From TPA_inf: Saccharomyces (Eukaryota), in contig BK006942.2 in assembly GCA_000146045.2 (NCBI GenBank), positions 288,001 through 352,000 of the forward strand: a stretch of DNA of 64,000 nt. The letters run 5' to 3'. Below are positions 57,692-64,000 of this stretch, piece after piece. Every line of letters begins with the position of its first letter. Within the stretch, counting starts at the first letter, position 1. Under the pieces are notes generated by a model. The model did not search any database. It had not been told where the DNA came from and was given only the letters and a program-made list of their open reading frames with translations. The translations under genes were made by a program, and so were the position numbers.

Positions 57692-59797
57692 ATGAAAATG
57701 AATCTGAAAAGGCTCGTAGTTACCTTCTTCTCATGCATCACCTTTCTGCTGAAATTCACTATAGCCGCCGCTGAACCACCAGAGGGCTTTCCAGAGCCCT
57801 TAAATCCAACAAACTTCAAAGAAGAGCTATCTAAGGGGCTGCATATTATTGACTTCTATAGTCCATACTGTCCGCACTGCAAACATTTAGCACCTGTTTG
57901 GATGGAAACATGGGAGGAGTTTAAAGAGGAGAGCAAAACACTGAACATAACATTTTCACAGGTTAACTGCATCGAGAGCGCCGATTTGTGTGGAGATGAA
58001 AATATTGAATACTTCCCTGAAATTAGACTTTATAACCCCTCAGGATACATCAAATCGTTCACTGAAACACCGAGGACCAAAGAATCATTAATTGCATTTG
58101 CACGCAGGGAGTCTATGGACCCAAATAACCTCGATACTGATCTGGATTCTGCTAAAAGTGAGAGCCAGTATCTCGAAGGCTTTGATTTTCTCGAGCTGAT
58201 CGCTGGTAAGGCGACTAGGCCACATTTGGTTTCCTTCTGGCCAACAAAAGATATGAAAAATAGCGATGATTCACTAGAATTCAAAAACTGTGACAAATGC
58301 CATGAATTCCAAAGGACTTGGAAGATCATTTCAAGACAGTTAGCCGTGGATGATATCAACACGGGCCACGTTAATTGCGAATCTAATCCAACAATCTGTG
58401 AAGAACTGGGCTTTGGCGACTTGGTGAAAATAACCAACCACAGAGCCGATAGAGAACCCAAGGTAGCATTAGTCCTACCCAATAAAACCTCAAATAATTT
58501 GTTCGACTATCCCAATGGCTACTCAGCGAAGTCAGATGGCTATGTAGATTTTGCCAGGAGGACTTTTACAAACAGTAAATTTCCCAATATAACAGAAGGG
58601 GAGCTCGAAAAAAAAGCAAACAGAGACATTGATTTTCTGCAAGAAAGGGGACGAGTAACTAATAATGATATCCATTTAGTTTTTTCATATGACCCCGAAA
58701 CTGTTGTTATTGAAGATTTTGACATTTTGGAGTATTTAATCGAGCCTTTGTCAAAAATTCCAAACATATATTTGCACCAAATTGACAAGAATCTAATAAA
58801 TTTGTCACGTAATCTTTTTGGAAGAATGTATGAAAAGATCAACTACGACGCCAGCCAAACTCAAAAGGTTTTTAACAAAGAATACTTTACTATGAATACG
58901 GTTACGCAACTCCCAACTTTTTTCATGTTTAAAGATGGTGATCCCATATCCTATGTTTTCCCCGGATACTCCACAACAGAAATGAGAAATATTGATGCCA
59001 TTATGGATTGGGTAAAAAAGTATTCTAATCCCTTAGTTACCGAAGTTGACTCTTCTAATTTGAAAAAATTAATTTCCTTCCAAACCAAGAGCTACAGTGA
59101 TTTAGCAATTCAGTTAATAAGTAGCACTGACCACAAACATATCAAAGGAAGCAACAAGCTTATTAAAAACTTGCTCCTCGCAAGTTGGGAGTATGAACAT
59201 ATTCGGATGGAAAATAACTTCGAAGAAATTAATGAGAGAAGGGCAAGGAAAGCAGACGGGATCAAGAAAATAAAGGAAAAAAAGGCTCCGGCTAACAAAA
59301 TTGTTGATAAAATGCGTGAAGAGATTCCCCATATGGATCAAAAAAAATTGTTATTAGGATATTTAGATATTTCAAAGGAGAAGAATTTTTTTAGAAAATA
59401 TGGTATTACTGGAGAATATAAAATTGGTGATGTGATTATCATTGATAAATCAAATAATTACTACTACAATAAAGATAATTTTGGCAACTCCTTGACTTCT
59501 AACAACCCTCAATTGCTGAGAGAAGCATTCGTGTCCTTAAATATTCCATCAAAAGCTCTATACAGCTCTAAGTTGAAGGGGAGATTGATAAATTCTCCAT
59601 TCCATAATGTCCTCAGTTTCCTAGACATAATCCACGGGAACGGCATGCCCGGTTACTTAATTGTTATTGTTTTGTTTATCGCAATACTCAAAGGTCCATC
59701 TATTTACAGAAGATACAAAGTAAGGAAACACTATAGGGCGAAAAGGAACGCTGTCGGTATCCTAGGAAATATGGAGAAAAAAAAAAATCAAGATTAA
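57692..59797 (+). CDS. EPS1: ER membrane protein-disulfide-isomerase family member
   Basis: 701-aa ORF with a signal peptide, thioredoxin CPHC active site (YSPYCPHCKHL), a C-terminal TM helix and a KKKNQD retrieval tail. Confidence 0.9.
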   Translation: MKMNLKRLVVTFFSCITFLLKFTIAAAEPPEGFPEPLNPTNFKEELSKGLHIIDFYSPYCPHCKHLAPVWMETWEEFKEESKTLNITFSQVNCIESADLCGDENIEYFPEIRLYNPSGYIKSFTETPRTKESLIAFARRESMDPNNLDTDLDSAKSESQYLEGFDFLELIAGKATRPHLVSFWPTKDMKNSDDSLEFKNCDKCHEFQRTWKIISRQLAVDDINTGHVNCESNPTICEELGFGDLVKITNHRADREPKVALVLPNKTSNNLFDYPNGYSAKSDGYVDFARRTFTNSKFPNITEGELEKKANRDIDFLQERGRVTNNDIHLVFSYDPETVVIEDFDILEYLIEPLSKIPNIYLHQIDKNLINLSRNLFGRMYEKINYDASQTQKVFNKEYFTMNTVTQLPTFFMFKDGDPISYVFPGYSTTEMRNIDAIMDWVKKYSNPLVTEVDSSNLKKLISFQTKSYSDLAIQLISSTDHKHIKGSNKLIKNLLLASWEYEHIRMENNFEEINERRARKADGIKKIKEKKAPANKIVDKMREEIPHMDQKKLLLGYLDISKEKNFFRKYGITGEYKIGDVIIIDKSNNYYYNKDNFGNSLTSNNPQLLREAFVSLNIPSKALYSSKLKGRLINSPFHNVLSFLDIIHGNGMPGYLIVIVLFIAILKGPSIYRRYKVRKHYRAKRNAVGILGNMEKKKNQD

Positions 59798-59945
59798 ACG
59801 CTTAAGTAGTTATAAAAATAAAAGAATGCTGATATCTTATGATGCTATCATAACTATCCTTTATTTCACGTATCAATATCTACAATCATCTAACAAACGT
59901 CGCTCTTATTTTGTCACTTAGGTTTAATGTACAATATGCAAATAT

Positions 59946-60505
59946 TTATGTAATCCATACCCAAAAAAATAGCACGCCTACCATAAAAAATATTATTAAC
60001 CATGTTTTTATACTGATCCCAGATCTTCTGGCCATCTCCATCATGTTTCCAAAAGTCCTTTTGAGTTTTACAGAAGTGTTATGGAAAGTATCACCAAGCT
60101 GGTCAATAGTTTGATTGCTGCCTCTAATCTCATCACCCATCTTCAACGATAATGACTTGAGTGCTTTTATTCTCTGACCCATAGCTCCCATCTGTTCCTC
60201 ACTTTGAGATTCAAGAGATGCCAAAGTACTTTGGGAGTAGTCTAATTTATCTGTGCTCCCTAGCGCTGATGATACATTGTCATCGAGACTATTTGATCCA
60301 TCAGCCGGTCCGAATAACTGTGTTCTACCAGTATCACGTTGATAAGCGTTTCCCCCTGCAAATCTATATACACACGCTATAGTTAGTAAACGAAGTTCAC
60401 TCGTGGTCAATAACTCCCAATATCGAGGTGTTATGGTAGATGTTTAACAAAAAGCGCTACTCTAACTTTAGAATAGTCTAATAATTTCTCATACCTTGAA
60501 CTCAT
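59946..60505 (-). CDS. BET1: ER-Golgi v-SNARE, spliced as complement(join(59946..60363, 60495..60505))
   Basis: Exon 1 is ATGAGTTCAAG (11 nt). The intron has 5' GTATGA, branchpoint TACTAAC (plus strand gttagta at 60382-60388) and a 3' AG. The product is MSSRFAGGNAYQRD..., 142 aa, with a SNARE motif and C-terminal TM. The track ORF is mis-extended with an MTTSELRLLTIACVY N-terminus. Confidence 0.9.
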
Positions 60506-61121
60506 CTGTGTAGCCTAGTGTTGTGAGGCTCTTCAATCACATTTTCTAACACATTCACAGTCTCAAGTGAACTACTGTTTGTTTTCTACCATTCCTTGGC
60601 AAAAGGCGCGAGTTGAAAAAACTCCATTTTTAACAACTACTGGATACTTTCGCAATTTAAAATTAATGGAAGAAAGAGCCGTGAACGTTCCTACGTAGCT
60701 TGCAACAACGGTAGAGTAGTATCCGCCAATTAGCATGCATAAATTTCATCTGAGATAGTGCAACATTATAAAAAATCACTAATACTTTCCCTGATATGTC
60801 GCCCCTTCAAATTTTTTGCACGCCACATCGATAAGAGTGAAACATATCCCTGAACAGTAACCTAGAATGTACAGAAATAACTGGAAATACAATTACAAAG
60901 CGATAATTACGGGATCTTTGGTTCCTATCACAGAGTAAACACCATGGGTTTATTAGATATTATTTGGAAGAATCACATTAGACGGCTCATCGCGCAAGTA
61001 ATAGCAAAATGGAAAGAAATCGGAAGGCTTCATTAGTCATGAACGTTTTACACCATCAAAATGAAAACTATACACATGCGTCGAGGAGCACCCAAAACTA
61101 ATACGACTATTACAATTAAGC

Positions 61122-62003
61122 ATGGAGGAACAGGAGATAGGCGTTCCTGCGGCCTCTTTGGCAGGAATAAAACATATCATATTGATCCTTTCCGGAAAAG
61201 GTGGTGTCGGTAAAAGTTCGGTAACGACACAGACTGCGCTGACTCTTTGCAGTATGGGCTTCAAAGTTGGAGTTTTAGATATTGATTTAACAGGGCCATC
61301 CTTACCGAGGATGTTTGGCCTAGAGAACGAATCTATATATCAAGGTCCTGAAGGTTGGCAACCTGTGAAAGTGGAGACAAACTCTACTGGCTCTCTTAGT
61401 GTAATATCATTGGGGTTTCTACTAGGTGATAGAGGGAACAGCGTGATATGGAGGGGTCCTAAGAAGACTTCTATGATAAAACAATTCATCTCTGACGTCG
61501 CCTGGGGTGAACTGGATTACTTACTGATCGATACCCCTCCGGGAACGTCGGATGAACATATATCGATTGCAGAGGAGCTGAGATATTCCAAACCAGATGG
61601 TGGTATTGTAGTAACTACCCCACAGAGTGTTGCAACAGCTGATGTCAAAAAAGAAATCAATTTCTGCAAGAAGGTCGATTTAAAGATCCTCGGTATAATT
61701 GAAAACATGTCAGGGTTTGTATGCCCGCATTGTGCTGAGTGTACAAATATCTTTTCCAGTGGGGGTGGTAAAAGATTATCGGAGCAATTTTCTGTCCCAT
61801 ACCTTGGTAACGTTCCTATAGATCCAAAATTTGTAGAAATGATTGAGAATCAAGTTTCAAGTAAAAAAACGCTTGTAGAAATGTACAGAGAATCATCTCT
61901 TTGTCCCATTTTTGAAGAAATAATGAAGAAACTGAGGAAACAAGACACTACAACCCCTGTTGTGGATAAACACGAGCAACCCCAGATAGAATCTCCAAAA
62001 TAA
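61122..62003 (+). CDS. CFD1: Cytosolic Fe-S cluster assembly P-loop NTPase (Mrp/NBP35 family)
   Basis: 293-aa ORF with Walker A GKGGVGKS and a CPHC..C cluster-bridging motif. Confidence 0.92.
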   Translation: MEEQEIGVPAASLAGIKHIILILSGKGGVGKSSVTTQTALTLCSMGFKVGVLDIDLTGPSLPRMFGLENESIYQGPEGWQPVKVETNSTGSLSVISLGFLLGDRGNSVIWRGPKKTSMIKQFISDVAWGELDYLLIDTPPGTSDEHISIAEELRYSKPDGGIVVTTPQSVATADVKKEINFCKKVDLKILGIIENMSGFVCPHCAECTNIFSSGGGKRLSEQFSVPYLGNVPIDPKFVEMIENQVSSKKTLVEMYRESSLCPIFEEIMKKLRKQDTTTPVVDKHEQPQIESPK

Positions 62004-62024
62004 GATCCTCTCCTATGCATGTAC

Positions 62025-62054
62025 GTATATATATATATATGTGTGTGTGTGTGT
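62025..62054. repeat. (TA)n(TG)n dinucleotide microsatellite in the CFD1 3' flank
   Basis: The sequence is tatatatatatatatgtgtgtgtgtgtg. Confidence 0.8.
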
Positions 62055-62300
62055 TTATATACACTTATATTTTGATCCTTGGGCCTAGAAATAAATTTCG
62101 ATTCCTATTTCGATTCCTATATCGAAAGGTGGTTAGAAGCTAACCGGCAACTGCAGCATGTTCTTCAAGTGGTGATACAAATTTAAAAGGCCGGGTAAAT
62201 ATTGACAAAGAAATAATATTTAATCACACAATTTTGAGAAAGAGCAACTGAATCAATTACTCTAGAGAAATCGCAGAACACTTCACTCGTCGTCAATAAT

Positions 62301-62510
62301 ATGACTCGTGATACACCCGAAGATGTCAGTACTGCAGGCGCAAAGGATATTTTAGATGTTTTGAACCTACTAAAAGGAGGAGAAGAGAAAATCTCGGAAG
62401 TCGAACTTAAGTTGGATGAAATGGAAAAGAAAATGGACTCTCTGTTAGTTCAGTTAGAAGATCTACACAGGGACAACAATGATTTGGCAAAAAGTTCCAG
62501 CCAAAAATAG
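62301..62510 (+). CDS. Small 69-aa coiled-coil protein (YIL002W-A)
   Basis: Acidic heptad-like sequence. Position matches the annotated small ORF between CFD1 and INP51. Confidence 0.55.
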   Translation: MTRDTPEDVSTAGAKDILDVLNLLKGGEEKISEVELKLDEMEKKMDSLLVQLEDLHRDNNDLAKSSSQK

Positions 62511-62590
62511 AGAGTACGCTCACAGCCGCATAGGGAAGGAACGCTAAATAAATATATTTATATATAATCTTTTCACTAATGATCATTTAC

Positions 62591-64000
62591 TTACCTTTCT
62601 ATAAAAAGTGGCTCATCTTCGTTCTCAACGAATGGATTGGGATCTCTTTTAGGATTAATCATGTAAACGGCCGGGTCTACGTCAAGAACTACTTTAACTT
62701 GCTTCCCACTTCCAATCCACCATTTTTTTAAATCCGAACTAGGTGGTGGTAACTTTCTACCTCTTTTGGGCTCGGGAATTGGTGTCGGAGAATGCGTAGG
62801 GCCAGCTATCGAATCACTGCCCTCAAAACTTTCGATAACAAATGCATCATCACTCAAAACTGCAATTTTCTCATCATCATCCAATCCCTCTAGCCTTTCC
62901 ATAATCTTCTCGTAGATTTGCGTACCCAAAGTAGTCTTTTTTTGTTCATCCACTACAGTCACTCTAGCCCTAAATATGGCATATACGGGCCGATGATCGG
63001 AAAATAGTATATCTTCACAGCATTTATATTCTAACTGTTCTAGTACTTCTCCCCTACTTAAAATCCTATCAGTCCATGCTGGTATTCTCATTTTTTCGCT
63101 CGTGTCGTAGTTTTTAGTTCCTGGGTCGAATTTATAGGTAGGTGGGAAATCAATCGCCATTTCATGGAAATATGGAAAAGACTCACCTGCGATCATTTGT
63201 TGATTAAGTTGATCCTTTTCAAATAGGCTGGCATATTCTTTAGAAACAATTTTTCGTCTAACATCTTCGTTTGACATCAATATTCTGTAATTGAAATCGC
63301 CCATCCAAATAATTGCATCGTGATCCTTTATTCGTAATCCTTTAGAAAATCGTATGCTTTTCGCAATCGTCTTATAATCATTATGCCTTTGTTCAACATT
63401 TTCTAAGCCTGCCGCTAAATGAGATACTAGTACGCAAAATCTTGTAGCTGAGTATTTAAAACTAACCGCGACAGCTCCTTTATTAGAAGCCATTCCTCCA
63501 AACCCGGTTTTTTTAACATCCCCCTCAATATGCTTTACCTTGGAATATTCCGTTTCATTCATGAATAATAATAGTAAAATACCACCCAACTGTGTACTCC
63601 ATAAACGGATATATTTTTTTTTGCGTCCGGGCCCATTTAATAGTGTTAATATCTTCTTCTCCCAAAATTGTCGGACATATGGATCGGTAGCAAGCATATG
63701 ACCTGGGGTAAGTTCTACCACTTCTTCTAATCCGATAACATAAAGATCAGCCATTTCATCCTCCTTGGACATTGATTTTGGAAATATCCAATCTTTTATA
63801 TCATCTTTTGGAATTTTACCACTTATATTAAATGTACCTGCAAAAATTGAGATGTCTTTCTCAAACGTATATTTTGACCTTAATTGCTTTAAATACTGAG
63901 AGATGTAGATATGGAGCGGGTCGTATAATCTAACTCGGGAACCAAATAACTTCGAATAAACCTTTGTATATTTACCAGAATTCTTCGTGTGCTTAGTATA
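62591..64000 (-). CDS. INP51: Phosphoinositide 5-phosphatase (synaptojanin-like), C-terminal part. The gene continues beyond the window end.
   Basis: The frame is open from the window edge with no stop in rc 63773-64000 (...LFGSRVRLYDPLHIYISQYLKQLRSKYTFEKD...). It contains the 5-phosphatase catalytic motifs (WMGDFNYRI, PAWTDRIL) and a Pro-rich C-terminus. The track reports only from an internal Met. Confidence 0.88.
   Translation of the reverse strand, partial: YTKHTKNSGKYTKVYSKLFGSRVRLYDPLHIYISQYLKQLRSKYTFEKDISIFAGTFNISGKIPKDDIKDWIFPKSMSKEDEMADLYVIGLEEVVELTPGHMLATDPYVRQFWEKKILTLLNGPGRKKKYIRLWSTQLGGILLLLFMNETEYSKVKHIEGDVKKTGFGGMASNKGAVAVSFKYSATRFCVLVSHLAAGLENVEQRHNDYKTIAKSIRFSKGLRIKDHDAIIWMGDFNYRILMSNEDVRRKIVSKEYASLFEKDQLNQQMIAGESFPYFHEMAIDFPPTYKFDPGTKNYDTSEKMRIPAWTDRILSRGEVLEQLEYKCCEDILFSDHRPVYAIFRARVTVVDEQKKTTLGTQIYEKIMERLEGLDDDEKIAVLSDDAFVIESFEGSDSIAGPTHSPTPIPEPKRGRKLPPPSSDLKKWWIGSGKQVKVVLDVDPAVYMINPKRDPNPFVENEDEPLFIER

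Overview
This window is an ordinary, gene-dense yeast nuclear segment. By protein identity and gene order I recognise it as Saccharomyces cerevisiae chromosome IX left arm, running from CKA1 (YIL035C, cut at the window start) to INP51 (YIL002C, cut at the window end). I recognised about 33 protein genes from their translations: CKA1, CAP2, BCY1, ULP2, SSM4/DOA10, YIL029C, EMC5, IRR1, YIL024C, YKE4, TIM44, RPB3, HIS6, FAF1, RPL2B, VID28, SNL1, BAR1, YIL014C-A, MNT3, PDR11, TIR3, DOT5, EST3, FAA3, URM1, NAS2, YIA6, EPS1, BET1, CFD1, YIL002W-A and INP51.

There are four tRNA genes: tK(CUU), two identical tD(GUC) copies and tT(AGU). The tK(CUU) and first tD(GUC) loci carry typical Ty solo LTRs (delta and sigma), and the second tD(GUC) has a diverged delta-like remnant. 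EST3 shows its known programmed +1 frameshift. Two genes have spliceosomal introns, RPL2B and BET1; in both, the ORF track mis-calls the 5' exon.

Several promoter motifs are readable directly from the sequence:
- the alpha2-Mcm1 operator and Ste12 PREs upstream of BAR1;
- tandem MCBs upstream of IRR1;
- a GCRE upstream of HIS6;
- PAC and RRPE upstream of FAF1;
- Rap1 sites upstream of RPL2B;
- an AR1 motif between PDR11 and TIR3.

I see no evidence for a novel, undescribed system; this region is fully annotated in the reference genome. The most unexplained structure is an ORF-poor interval of about 2.2 kb at 13.5-15.7 kb. It holds three consecutive same-strand ORFs in three different frames that share a peptide motif, which suggests a decayed gene relic. 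Other points worth a second look are the 12-kb direct repeat of identical tRNA-Asp genes bracketing six genes, and the nearly 3-kb ORF-free region upstream of FAA3. Coordinates of short motifs were counted by hand and may be off by 1-2 nt.
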